A stretch of 64,000 bases of DNA from positions 216,006 to 280,005 of the forward strand of contig CAVVMW010000023.1 of NCBI GenBank assembly GCA_963749495.1. The letters run 5' to 3'. Positions 1 through 8,388 of the stretch are shown here, piece by piece. This DNA is from an uncultured bacterium. Lineage in GTDB: Bacteria > Verrucomicrobiota > Verrucomicrobiia > Limisphaerales > UBA8199. The translations under genes were made by a program, and so were the position numbers. Positions within the stretch are counted from its first letter, which is position 1. Each line of letters opens with the position of its first letter. The notes below the pieces were generated by a model, which saw only the letters and a program-made list of their open reading frames with translations, had not been told where the DNA came from and ran no database searches.

Positions 1-1467
1 CCCGATGAATTCTTCATCCGCGCTTTCGAAAGCCACATATCGTGGCCGGTCAAACTCACCGCCGAATTTCTCTGGGCCAGTTCTGCCGGCTCCAAAGCCT
101 TTGATAATCTTTTGCAGGAATGGATGGCCAACGACCAGGGGTGGGCGGTTATCCGAAACGACCCCAAGACGTGGCGCTCACTGGTTGACCGCGCTGCCCG
201 CACCTTGTGCTACGTTTTCGCCAACCGCCTCCTTTTTTACGAATCTGTCCGCACCAAGTTCGACAAACTCAAAGAGCTTCGCGTCCCACAAGAGGCGACG
301 CCTCCGGAGAACCTCTACCTCCATTTCCAAGAGCTCTTCCAACTCGCCGTCGATGCGACCGGCGACTACGAAACGCTCTTTTATCCCGCCGAAAAAGACT
401 GGGCCGGCCCTCATATCTTTGGCCATGAACACGCCTTGGATGCTTGGCGCTCCGTCCTCGAAAACCTCCGCCCTTTCGACTTCAAAGAAATCCGCACCGA
501 CATTCTGGGCAGCATCTTCAAGCGCCTAATCGAACCTGCGGAACGCCACAAGTTCGGGCAGCACTACACCAACGAGGACCTGGTAGATGTCGTCAACGCC
601 TTCTGCATCCGCCGGGCCGAAGACACCGTCCTGGACCCTGCCTGCGGGTCTGGCAGTTTCCTCGTTCGTGCGTACCACCGCAAGGCCTGGCTCGATCGCG
701 ACAGACGCCTTGCCCACCCTGCCGTTTCCCATCAGGACCGCCTGGCGCAGCTTTACGGCGCCGACATTTCTCTTTTCGCCGCCCATCTGTCCACGCTCAA
801 TCTCGCCGCCCGCGAGATTAACGATGAAGAAAATTATCCCCGAATTGCCCGCCGCAATTTCTTCGAGGTCCGGGCGGGCAAACCATTCTGCGAATTGCCC
901 CAGGGCCTTCGGGGCGAAAGGGAACGTGCCTCCATTCTCCTGCCCAAGCCCAACGCCATTGTCGGCAACCCGCCCTACGTCCGCCAGGAACTCATTCCGC
1001 GCCGCAACGACAAGCCAAAACCCAAGGCCATGCAGGCCAAGGAGGATCTGGTCGAGCTCTGCTCCGAACTCTGGCCCGGCTTGCAACTCAGCGGCCGCAG
1101 CGACCTCCACTGCTATTTCTGGCCAGCCGCGGCGTACCACCTTCCTGACGGCGGTTGGCTCGGTTTTCTTGTCTCCTCCAGTTGGCTCGATGTCGAGTAC
1201 GGTTTTGCACTCCAGGAGTGGCTGCTGACCAACTTCAAAATTCACGCAGTTCTCGAGAGCAACGCCGAGCCGTGGTTCGAAGATGCCCGCGTCAAAACCT
1301 GCGCGGTCATTTTACAGCGGTGCGCACATCACGCCGACCGCCATGCGCAGCTTGTGAAGTTCGTTCGTTTGAATGTCCCCCTGGCCACCATTCTGGGCGA
1401 GCGCAAGGACGAAAACGCTCGTCAGAAAAGCGGCGGAGGAATTTCGAGACATCATTCTGCGCTGTAA
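1..1467 (+). CDS. N6-adenine DNA methyltransferase of a type IIG/IIL-like RM enzyme, upstream segment (5' end outside window; frameshifted into 1373..3343)
   Basis: Frame 1 is open from nt 1 (no stop before the listed Met at 112). It carries motif I VLDPACGSGSFLV and motif IV VGNPPYVRQE of gamma-class N6-A methyltransferases. The helical region CYVFANRLLFYES ahead of the MTase core resembles MmeI/Eco57I-type fused enzymes (family placement from memory). Confidence 0.8.
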   Translation, partial: PDEFFIRAFESHISWPVKLTAEFLWASSAGSKAFDNLLQEWMANDQGWAVIRNDPKTWRSLVDRAARTLCYVFANRLLFYESVRTKFDKLKELRVPQEATPPENLYLHFQELFQLAVDATGDYETLFYPAEKDWAGPHIFGHEHALDAWRSVLENLRPFDFKEIRTDILGSIFKRLIEPAERHKFGQHYTNEDLVDVVNAFCIRRAEDTVLDPACGSGSFLVRAYHRKAWLDRDRRLAHPAVSHQDRLAQLYGADISLFAAHLSTLNLAAREINDEENYPRIARRNFFEVRAGKPFCELPQGLRGERERASILLPKPNAIVGNPPYVRQELIPRRNDKPKPKAMQAKEDLVELCSELWPGLQLSGRSDLHCYFWPAAAYHLPDGGWLGFLVSSSWLDVEYGFALQEWLLTNFKIHAVLESNAEPWFEDARVKTCAVILQRCAHHADRHAQLVKFVRLNVPLATILGERKDENARQKSGGGISRHHSAL

Positions 1468-3343
1468 AAGGAGCAAAGCGCGCGATCATTTCCGAATCGT
1501 TGTCAAAAGGCAAAAGGACCTTTGGGAAGACGGCTTGCGCGCCGGACGGCTCTTCGAGTTGCAGAAGCAGCGCGACCGGGCAGAAGGAATTAAAATTGCT
1601 GCCGTGCTAGAGAGCGACGAGGGCGATGACGAGCACGGCAGGGATTTCGACGGAAGCGGGAATGGCATGCTCCACGACGGCGGCGGGCTCCTGTACGGCT
1701 CGAGATACGGCGGCGGCAAGTGGGGTAAATATCTCCGCGCCCCCTACCTCTATTTCCAAATCATGGACCGTTACGGCAGCCGCTTCGTGCCTCTGGGCGA
1801 GATTGCGACGATTCGCTTTGGCGTCAAGAGCGGTTGTGACGCCTTCTTCATGCCCGAGGACGTCTCGGCCCAAATCCTCGACCACTACTCCAAATCGGAA
1901 TGGAACAACGCCCCGTTGCACGAGCACTGCAAACGCGCACAGGTCGAGTCGGGCGCGTTGAGGCTGGTAAAGGCTGGTGACTCCACAATACACCCCATCG
2001 AAGCCGAATACCTAAAGCCGGAGCTCCACAGCATGATGGCCATTCACTCGCCTCTCGTCAAGCCGGGCAACGTGGACTCCCAAGTCCTGATGGTAAGTCA
2101 ATCCGAAGCCCAACTCAAGGGCACTTACGTTCTCAGGTACTTGCATTACGGGGAGACAAACCCGGTCACAACAAACAACAAGACGGATGCTCTGACCGTC
2201 TCGATGCGGGCCACGTGTGCCAGCCGCCAGCCGTGGTACGATCTTGCGTACACCAGGCCAGGCCAACTTATCTGGGCCAAGGGACAACAATACCGGCATG
2301 TCGTCGTTTTCAACAAATACCGCGTCACCGCCAATTGTCGCCTCTACAATATCACGCTGCTTGACGAACTTTCGGACCTTGCCGATGTCGTTGCGGCTAT
2401 TGCAAATTCCACACTCGCGGCTTACTTCAAGACTTTTTACGGACGCTACACCGGAACCGAGGGCAGTTTCGAGATGATGGTCATCGACCTGAATTTGCTC
2501 GAAATTCCCGACCCCCGACACGTCGCCAAACCTGTCGCCAGGGAACTACGGGACGCCCTTGATCAGCTTTGCACTCGCGACACCCAGCCCATGGTTGAAG
2601 AGCAATTCATGGAATGCCGCTCCTCGGAGCGCATCAAAAAGCTGGCCCAGAACCCAGTTGAGTTGCCGCAAGAGTTGAAGATGCCCGATCGCCGCGCGCT
2701 TGACATCGCTGTCTTTGAATTGCTCGGCGTCACCGGTGTTGCGGAGCGGGAAAAGCTCTGCGATCAACTTTACTACGAAACCGCAAACCACTTCCGGCAA
2801 ATCCGCATCGTCGAAGTGCAGAAGCAGGAGCAGCGCGCCAGAGCCGAGGGTCGCGAATTTCGCACGGATGAACTCGCCGCCGATTTGTGGGACGGGCTGC
2901 CCGAGGATAAGAAGCAACCCCTGGCCCAGTGGATCGCCAGCCACGTAACCGACGGGCTTGCAGTCAACATCCCTGAGGGCCGACCGAGTTTGCCAGACGC
3001 CAACGATTTCTTGGATGCGAGCACGGTCTTTTTTAGCCACTCGCACGCCGGCAAGGTGGTCTCACAGCGGCTCCCTTTGCCCAGTCGCGCCCACGCCGAA
3101 ACCATCTATCTGCTGACCCAACGCGGCATCCGCGGCCCAGTCGTCCTGCCCAGAACCGAAGAGGCCGGTCGGGCCCTGCAACCCAGCATTACCCAACGCC
3201 TCGCTGCCGTCTCTGCCACGTCAGCCGAACTCTCCCGCAGCCGCACCGCTGACGAGAGGAAAGCCCTCGAACTCGCCCGCCTCCTCGAGTTCTGGATGGT
3301 CCACGGCAAGCCGAGCAGGGCCGCCAAGCAGAAACATTCTTAG
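1373..3343 (+). CDS. Same methyltransferase, downstream segment with TaqI_C-like target-recognition region
   Basis: Overlaps the previous ORF by 95 nt in another frame. Removing one A from the AAAA run at 1426-1429 joins ...ENARQK to AAEEFRDIILRCKR.... It contains IRFGVKSGCDAFFM, which matches the G-x-K-T/S-G-x-D/N-x-x-F motif of TaqI_C-type specificity domains. Confidence 0.7.
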   Translation: MSPWPPFWASARTKTLVRKAAEEFRDIILRCKRSKARDHFRIVVKRQKDLWEDGLRAGRLFELQKQRDRAEGIKIAAVLESDEGDDEHGRDFDGSGNGMLHDGGGLLYGSRYGGGKWGKYLRAPYLYFQIMDRYGSRFVPLGEIATIRFGVKSGCDAFFMPEDVSAQILDHYSKSEWNNAPLHEHCKRAQVESGALRLVKAGDSTIHPIEAEYLKPELHSMMAIHSPLVKPGNVDSQVLMVSQSEAQLKGTYVLRYLHYGETNPVTTNNKTDALTVSMRATCASRQPWYDLAYTRPGQLIWAKGQQYRHVVVFNKYRVTANCRLYNITLLDELSDLADVVAAIANSTLAAYFKTFYGRYTGTEGSFEMMVIDLNLLEIPDPRHVAKPVARELRDALDQLCTRDTQPMVEEQFMECRSSERIKKLAQNPVELPQELKMPDRRALDIAVFELLGVTGVAEREKLCDQLYYETANHFRQIRIVEVQKQEQRARAEGREFRTDELAADLWDGLPEDKKQPLAQWIASHVTDGLAVNIPEGRPSLPDANDFLDASTVFFSHSHAGKVVSQRLPLPSRAHAETIYLLTQRGIRGPVVLPRTEEAGRALQPSITQRLAAVSATSAELSRSRTADERKALELARLLEFWMVHGKPSRAAKQKHS

Positions 3344-3603
3344 CTCCCGCGCAGATAACGGCCCTGGATCATCCGCCAGCAGATGCCCCCGAACTGGCCC
3401 TCGCCCGTTCGCGCCGGCCCTCTCTCCATTTTCCGGTCCGGTCAAGGTCGTTCCACCCCGGCCCGGGCGAGGGCGATCCACTGCGCTCGCCCAAACTTGA
3501 CTTCAGACGCTCGTGATCCGCAAGGGGCAAAGCCGCCGTCGCGGTTTCCCCGCACAAGCTCAATAGTCCAGAGTTTGATTACCAGCCATTATATCACAAT
3601 AAC

Positions 3604-3810
3604 ATGCCATTAGACAGCAAAGACCTCGAACGAATCGAGCGCATTATTCACAAGAACGGCGACGACATCGCCGTATGCTACGAGAGAGGACTGGAGCGCG
3701 TGGAAGAACGCATAGACGGAATGAAAACCCGCATCTATGGTCGCCTCGCGGAACTCGAGGACAAACTCGAATCGCGAAACGCGAACTACAGAGAATCTCT
3801 GGACGAATAA
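3604..3810 (+). CDS. Hypothetical 68-aa charged, coiled-coil-like protein
   Basis: ATG-initiated ORF with charged heptad-like sequence (LERIERIIHKNGDD...RLAELEDKLES). A strong intrinsic terminator follows 17 nt downstream. No family recognised. Confidence 0.4.
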   Translation: MPLDSKDLERIERIIHKNGDDIAVCYERGLERVEERIDGMKTRIYGRLAELEDKLESRNANYRESLDE

Positions 3811-3826
3811 TCGTTCGAGTCGGAAG

Positions 3827-3852
3827 AACCCCGCCCAAAAAGCGGGGTTTTT
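3827..3852 (+). terminator. Rho-independent terminator
   Basis: The 8-bp stem AACCCCGC / GCGGGGTT has a 7-nt loop CCAAAAA and is followed by a T-run (TTTTTCC). Confidence 0.75.
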
Positions 3853-4034
3853 CCGTGCCAGTCAGAGTGGCGACGAGGGGCGCTTCCCCGATCCCCCTAC
3901 CCCCTGCCGGACGCCTCCCCCAGGGGGGATCATCAGAAGCCCCTTTGATTACCAGGAGCCCTCGAATTTCGAACCCACCCTCATTGGCGCTTGGGCCGTT
4001 CTGGTGCTATAATGCCATTGCCTGAATCGAATCA

Positions 4035-4054
4035 GTAACACTTATTAGTGTTAC
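4035..4054. promoter_or_regulatory. Perfect 8-4-8 palindrome GTAACACT-TATT-AGTGTTAC (operator-like)
   Basis: Read directly from the sequence. It lies in an AT-richer intergenic region upstream of the small ORF and the PurD-like operon. The 10-mer TAGTGTTACG recurs at 46249-46258, upstream of another accessory operon. Confidence 0.4.
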
Positions 4055-4130
4055 GAATCCTGCAGGGTGAAGGACATCAAGATGATTTACCTTGCGTAGC
4101 GACCCGAAGTCGTTACGATTCATCAACTTT

Positions 4131-4295
4131 ATGAGCACCGCGCTAATGCACATGATGACAGCGACAGACGAGCTCCAGCGGGAGCCGGGTGAAATGTGCC
4201 CTCAGGAAATTCCAGCGCTCCCCGAAGCCCGTTTCGTCACCGTTGGGAAACTGGAAGAATTCCGCAAATCAGCGGCCCGCCTCCGCGCAGCGTGA
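4131..4295 (+). CDS. Small 54-aa ORF upstream of the ATP-grasp gene (speculative)
   Basis: ATG at 4131 in the frame of the listed 4092..4295 ORF; it ends 24 nt before the PurD-like start. No SD and no recognised family. Confidence 0.2.
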   Translation: MSTALMHMMTATDELQREPGEMCPQEIPALPEARFVTVGKLEEFRKSAARLRAA

Positions 4296-4319
4296 ACCCG
4301 AATTTCTTCCCGAATCACC

Positions 4320-5729
4320 ATGAATACAAACTCCGTCAGAGCAGCAGTAATCGGCAAAGACGGCCGCACAAGTGCGATAATGGAAGCCCTCAGCAGAAGC
4401 CGGCGGATTGCTGATGAAGTTGACTGCCTGTCCCAATGGAAAACCTTCTCGTTTGCCTCAAGCCGTTTCGAGGAAGTTCGTCTCTATCTCCAAAGACTGG
4501 AGAAGCTCAATCGAAAACCGGATCTTGTCGTGTGCGGCCCGGAAGAACCTTTGGCAACGGAGGAGGGCATCGTAAATTGGTTACATAGCCAATTTGGAAT
4601 CCCATGCGTCGGTCCCACGAAAAAAGTCGCGCAAATTGAATCAAGCAAGTCTTTCACGCGCCAATTGCTCGCCAAACACGCGATACCGGGAAATCCAAAG
4701 TTCAGGATTTTTCCCGCTCTGAGCGGGATCGAACCTTATCTCAAAGAATTAGGGAGTTTTGTTGTAAAACCCGACGGTTTAACCGGTGGAAAGGGCGTCA
4801 GAGTTTTCGGTGAGCACCTTCACTCGATTGCAGATGCGCTTTCTTACTGCCGGGAGGTCCTCGAACAAAGACACCCTTCCGTTTTAATCGAGGAAAAACT
4901 AGACGGCGAAGAGTTCAGTCTCCAGTCGTTTTCCGACGGCATCCATGTCAAACATATGCCAGTCGTCCAGGATCATAAACGCGCACGCACGGGCGACACA
5001 GGTCCCAACACTGGGGGCATGGGCTCATATTCGTGCGCCAACCACACCATGCCGTTTCTGCGTCCAGACGATCTCCGGGAGGCGCGCGCTATCAACGAAC
5101 TTGTCGTGAAAGCATTGCTGGAGGAAACGCGTGAGCCTTACAAGGGCATTCTGTATGGGGGGTTCATGGCGACGCGCAACGGCGTTCGCCTAATCGAATA
5201 TAACGCACGATTTGGCGATCCGGAGGCACTGAATGTACTCTCATTGTTGAGAACCGATTTTCTGGACGTTTGCGAGGCCATCCTGCAGGGCACACTCAAC
5301 AAATTGCCAATCAGATTTGAGAAGCTAGCGACAGTATGCAAATACGTTGTTCCTCTAGGATATCCAGAACATCCCGTCAAGGATGAGGTTATCGATTTGA
5401 CCGGCGTGCCTGCCAGATCAGCGAGCCTGAGAATGTTCCTCGCGGCGGTTGATAAAGTTGATAAAAGTGACGGCCGATTGTTTCGTTTGTCTGGCTCTAG
5501 GGCAATCGCCTTTGTCGGTATCGGTGCAGATGTTGCAGAGGCAGAAAGGATCGCCGAAAGAGCGGTCTGCGCCGTACGAGGTCCAGTCTATCACCGGAAA
5601 GACATCGGGACACAGGAGCTGATCGCAAAAAGAGTTGCCCACATGCGAAGACTGCTCTCAGATGATGCAGAGGTCGTAGGCGCGCATGATTACGCCCATC
5701 GGGCTGGTGTTCTCAAGCTAGTATCGTGA
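4320..5729 (+). CDS. purD: Phosphoribosylamine-glycine ligase (PurD/GARS)-like ATP-grasp enzyme, archaeal-type
   Basis: Full-length colinear PurD motifs: VIGKDGR...GPEEPL, ESSKSFTRQLL, VVKPDGLTGGKGVRVFGEHL, IEEKLDGEEFSLQSF, QDHKRARTGDTGPNTGGMGSYS, LYGGFM...RLIEYNARFGDPEA, ATVCKYVVPLGYP, HRKDIGT. The GLTGGKGV and YNARFGDPEA variants are those I recall from archaeal PurD rather than bacterial GLAAGKGV and FNCRFGDPE (from memory). Confidence 0.75.
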   Translation: MNTNSVRAAVIGKDGRTSAIMEALSRSRRIADEVDCLSQWKTFSFASSRFEEVRLYLQRLEKLNRKPDLVVCGPEEPLATEEGIVNWLHSQFGIPCVGPTKKVAQIESSKSFTRQLLAKHAIPGNPKFRIFPALSGIEPYLKELGSFVVKPDGLTGGKGVRVFGEHLHSIADALSYCREVLEQRHPSVLIEEKLDGEEFSLQSFSDGIHVKHMPVVQDHKRARTGDTGPNTGGMGSYSCANHTMPFLRPDDLREARAINELVVKALLEETREPYKGILYGGFMATRNGVRLIEYNARFGDPEALNVLSLLRTDFLDVCEAILQGTLNKLPIRFEKLATVCKYVVPLGYPEHPVKDEVIDLTGVPARSASLRMFLAAVDKVDKSDGRLFRLSGSRAIAFVGIGADVAEAERIAERAVCAVRGPVYHRKDIGTQELIAKRVAHMRRLLSDDAEVVGAHDYAHRAGVLKLVS

Positions 5730-5743
5730 AGGAGGATACCGCT

Positions 5744-6214
5744 ATGAAAAACCCCACGAAGATGGCCGAATCGCTTACCGAAGCTGTACGCGAGAGGGAC
5801 CCTGAGCGGTTGCTCACACTCAATCGGTTATCGTTGCAAGCAAAGGTTGACCTTAGAGAGGCCCTGAAAATAGGAGCGCTTGCTCGGAAAGACCGAGAAC
5901 AGCTCATTCAATGGGCTTGGCACGACAATTCCTCGATCAAACAAGCAGCGAGGACGTTGATCTTACTGGTTGACCTGGATCTCGCAGCATGCTGTTTTGA
6001 AAAGTTTCTGGCCACCGGTCACCTGAGTCCTCCATTTGAACTCCGTTACAACAGTTCAGAGCATGAGTTTCACGTGGACCTTCCTGAGACACCTGGCCGT
6101 GGCGTCTCCCACTATGGGCGAGACGACAAGGAAATTGATCGAATCCTCCTAGTCCTCGAACGTGCGTACCAGAAGATGTATCCACAACAAACAACGTCCG
6201 GCTTTCGCACTTGA
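5744..6214 (+). CDS. Hypothetical 156-aa protein coupled to the PurD-like gene
   Basis: A strong SD AAGGAGGA (5729-5736) lies 8 nt before the ATG at 5744, immediately after the PurD-like stop (TGA 5727-5729). No family recognised. Confidence 0.55.
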   Translation: MKNPTKMAESLTEAVRERDPERLLTLNRLSLQAKVDLREALKIGALARKDREQLIQWAWHDNSSIKQAARTLILLVDLDLAACCFEKFLATGHLSPPFELRYNSSEHEFHVDLPETPGRGVSHYGRDDKEIDRILLVLERAYQKMYPQQTTSGFRT

Positions 6215-6707
6215 TGTTCAAGGGCAAGACCAAATGTCCCCGCGGTCCCGGGACTCGCACGATTCGCACAAAAAGAGCCGCGCTGAAGTGCGCGGCTTTG
6301 ACTTTACAGGGCGAAGTACCCAACTCTCTCAAAGAACAATGGGTTGGATTCCCCACAATCACATGATCGAGAACTTCGATTTTCATGATCTGCCCCGCGC
6401 GGATGAGGTCGCGCGTCACCTTGATATCATCCTCTGACGGTTGCGGCTCGCCACTTGGATGGTTGTGCATCATCAGAATTGCGGCGGCGGCGGCGATCAC
6501 GGCACCTCGGAAAACGGCTCTCGGATGCACCAGGATTGTGTCCATGGTTCCGATGGAGATGAACTGATGCCCTCGGACGCGGCGCCGAGTGTTCAACAGC
6601 AAGGCCGCGAAGCAGTCGCACTCCGGGTTGAAGCAGCGGTTTCCCGGCAGGTCCTGCCACGCTCTGCTGGGGAACAACTGGAACGCTATCCAGGGAAACG
6701 AGATCAC
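5937..6707 (-). CDS. RadC-like JAB/MPN domain protein (no HhH N-domain)
   Basis: Carries the JAB motif MMHNHPSGEPQPSEDDIKVT and VLDHVIVG. The GTG start overlaps the higA stop (GTGA, 6704-6707). The conserved domain ends near 6310 (SLRELG). The remaining approx 125 codons overlap the convergent ORF 5744..6214 and look like read-through. Adding one G to the GGG run at 6319-6321 gives ...LGYFAL-stop at 6304. Confidence 0.8.
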   Translation of the reverse strand: MISFPWIAFQLFPSRAWQDLPGNRCFNPECDCFAALLLNTRRRVRGHQFISIGTMDTILVHPRAVFRGAVIAAAAAILMMHNHPSGEPQPSEDDIKVTRDLIRAGQIMKIEVLDHVIVGNPTHCSLRELGTSPCKVKAAHFSAALFVRIVRVPGPRGHLVLPLNIKCESRTLFVVDTSSGTHVRGLGGFDQFPCRLAHSGRRHGQVSQEGPRETHALNCCNGVQMEDSGDRWPETFQNSMLRDPGQPVRSTSSLLV

Positions 6708-7021
6708 GCCCCTGCCGGCTCGAACGTCGCCAGCGGCTTCACGTCACGCTCGATTTGCTGCTGCTTCGCGTACCGCGCCAACCGCAAATCATAGTCCGCC
6801 TGCAAGCCGGTCCACATTTCCGCCGAAGTGCCGAAGAAGCGGGCGAGCCGCAATGCCGTGTCGGCGGTGATCGCGCGCTTCTCCAGCACGATCTCATTGA
6901 TACGCCGTGGCGGCACCTTCAGCGCGCGAGCCAGAGCGTTTTGTGACAACCCGTGCGGCCTCATGAGTTCCTCCCGCAGAATTTCCCCCGGATGTATCGG
7001 GGCCAGTTTGTTCGCTTTCAT
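6704..7021 (-). CDS. higA: HigA-family antitoxin (XRE-type HTH)
   Basis: IHPGEILREELMRPHGLSQNALARALKVPPRRINEIVLEKRAITADTALRLARFFGTSAEMWTGLQADYDL is a near-consensus HigA/VapI antidote sequence. The gene lies 5 nt downstream of higB. Confidence 0.9.
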   Translation of the reverse strand: MKANKLAPIHPGEILREELMRPHGLSQNALARALKVPPRRINEIVLEKRAITADTALRLARFFGTSAEMWTGLQADYDLRLARYAKQQQIERDVKPLATFEPAGA

Positions 7022-7026
7022 AGCTC

Positions 7027-7251
7027 TCAGTGGTAATCCACAATTTCAACGCCCTGCGCGTGCTCACCCTGCCAGCGGAAGCAAATCCGCCACTGGTCAT
7101 TGATGCGGATGCTGTGCTGGCCGGCCCGGCCGCCCCTCAGGGCCTCCAGACGATTGCCGGGCGGAGCGCGCAAATCGTCCAGTCGCCGAGGCTGGTGCAG
7201 CAGGAGCAATTTCCGCCGCGCCACGCGCTGAAGCCGCTTTGAGCGGTTCAC
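7027..7251 (-). CDS. higB: HigB-family (RelE/ParE superfamily) toxin, N-terminally short
   Basis: LRAPPGNRLEALRGGRAGQHSIRINDQWRICFRWQGEHAQGVEIVDYH matches the plasmid-maintenance killer HigB consensus. It is only 74 aa from a GTG start, approx 20 aa shorter than usual, with no start codon further upstream in frame. Confidence 0.8.
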   Translation of the reverse strand: MNRSKRLQRVARRKLLLLHQPRRLDDLRAPPGNRLEALRGGRAGQHSIRINDQWRICFRWQGEHAQGVEIVDYH

Positions 7252-8255
7252 AATTTCAAGCCTCGGGCTTTGCCGGAGGTCGCTGACACCGCGTCCCGCA
7301 GTGGCGTTGCGCCAACTGCCGGGCTTCGGGGACTGGCTGGTGTGCGGCGTGAGCAGCCAACTCCATCAATACCTGCTGGCAAACGCTGATAGCGGTCGCG
7401 ATAGCGGCCCGGAGAGACTCCGTTCATCTTGGCAAAAAAGCGGTTGAAATAGTACTCATCGGAGAACCGCAGCTTATCCGTGATGTCCGCCAACGTCGAG
7501 TTCGTGCCCAGGACCAGGCGGATGGCTTCTTCGTTGAGCCGCCGGTTGAGATAGGCCTTAATCGGCATCCCCAGCCGGCGCGAAAAGGCCTGGGACAACG
7601 TCCGAGGATTGGTTTTGTAAGCGGCGGCCAGGTCGCGAACCCGCAGGTTGGCGGCCAATCGTTGGTCGATCGTTTCCAGCACCTTGCGGAACGGCTCGAC
7701 TTTGTCCGCCCGGGCACGGAGGATACGGTCCAGGTCCGGCACGGCGTCGGCGATCCACCCAGCGAGTTGTCCACGCAACCGCAAGAGGAAGCTGGCCGTC
7801 AGTTTGGCGCCTCGGAGAACTGGTTCAAGCCATTCGGATGACCAGGGGCCCAACCGCGCCGGTTTCCGCTCGGGCCAGTCGAGGAACGGGTCGTCCCCCG
7901 CCAGCCATTCGCAGCAGAACTCAAGGAAAACCACGTCGAATCGGTCGCTGAAGGTTCGCTCGACCGGCGTATTGCCTGGCAGCCAATAGGCCCATCCGGG
8001 TTCCAACTCGCACACCGCGCCCTGGTGAATCACCCGCGCGAGACCTCCACGCACCAACTCGAGGCGGTGCAGAGACTCGCTCTCGGGCTGGCCGGGGGGA
8101 GTGTTCGATTCCGGACCGACGGTCCTCTCGTAGAGCCCGAGAAACTTGAACCGCAGCCAGTTCTCGAGCTCCAGCTCCTGTCGGTTTTTTTCCCCAGTGA
8201 ACAGGGTCCGGAATTGGCGGCCAGGGATGCGGTGGAGGGTGTCTCGGCATTTCAT
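7248..8255 (-). CDS. AraC-family transcriptional regulator
   Basis: C-terminal double-HTH signature: LRVRDLAAAYKTNPRTLSQAFSRRLGMPIKAYLNRRLNEEAIRLVL...LADITDKLRFSDEYYFNRFFAKMNGVSPGRYR. The N-terminal region is sensor/cupin-like. The last approx 40 aa are low-complexity and overlap the higB start region. Confidence 0.85.
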   Translation of the reverse strand: MKCRDTLHRIPGRQFRTLFTGEKNRQELELENWLRFKFLGLYERTVGPESNTPPGQPESESLHRLELVRGGLARVIHQGAVCELEPGWAYWLPGNTPVERTFSDRFDVVFLEFCCEWLAGDDPFLDWPERKPARLGPWSSEWLEPVLRGAKLTASFLLRLRGQLAGWIADAVPDLDRILRARADKVEPFRKVLETIDQRLAANLRVRDLAAAYKTNPRTLSQAFSRRLGMPIKAYLNRRLNEEAIRLVLGTNSTLADITDKLRFSDEYYFNRFFAKMNGVSPGRYRDRYQRLPAGIDGVGCSRRTPASPRSPAVGATPLRDAVSATSGKARGLKL

Positions 8256-8388
8256 AGTACGATGCAGGGTTAAGGCCTGCCTTCAAGCGCTGGGTCCACT
8301 TTAGCAATCTAACGCCAGGGAAAAAAAACGCAACTGGCTTGGGAAGGCTGGACAGTCGAATGCCGGCAAACTAAGCTGGGAACGAGCC

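Noticed and set aside
5-1610. Alternative-frame ORFs overlapping the methyltransferase (5..529, 444..821, 587..1228, 526..1245 minus, 1155..1610)
   Set aside because: The frame carrying motif I and motif IV explains the region. The others are Pro/Arg/Ser-rich shadows.
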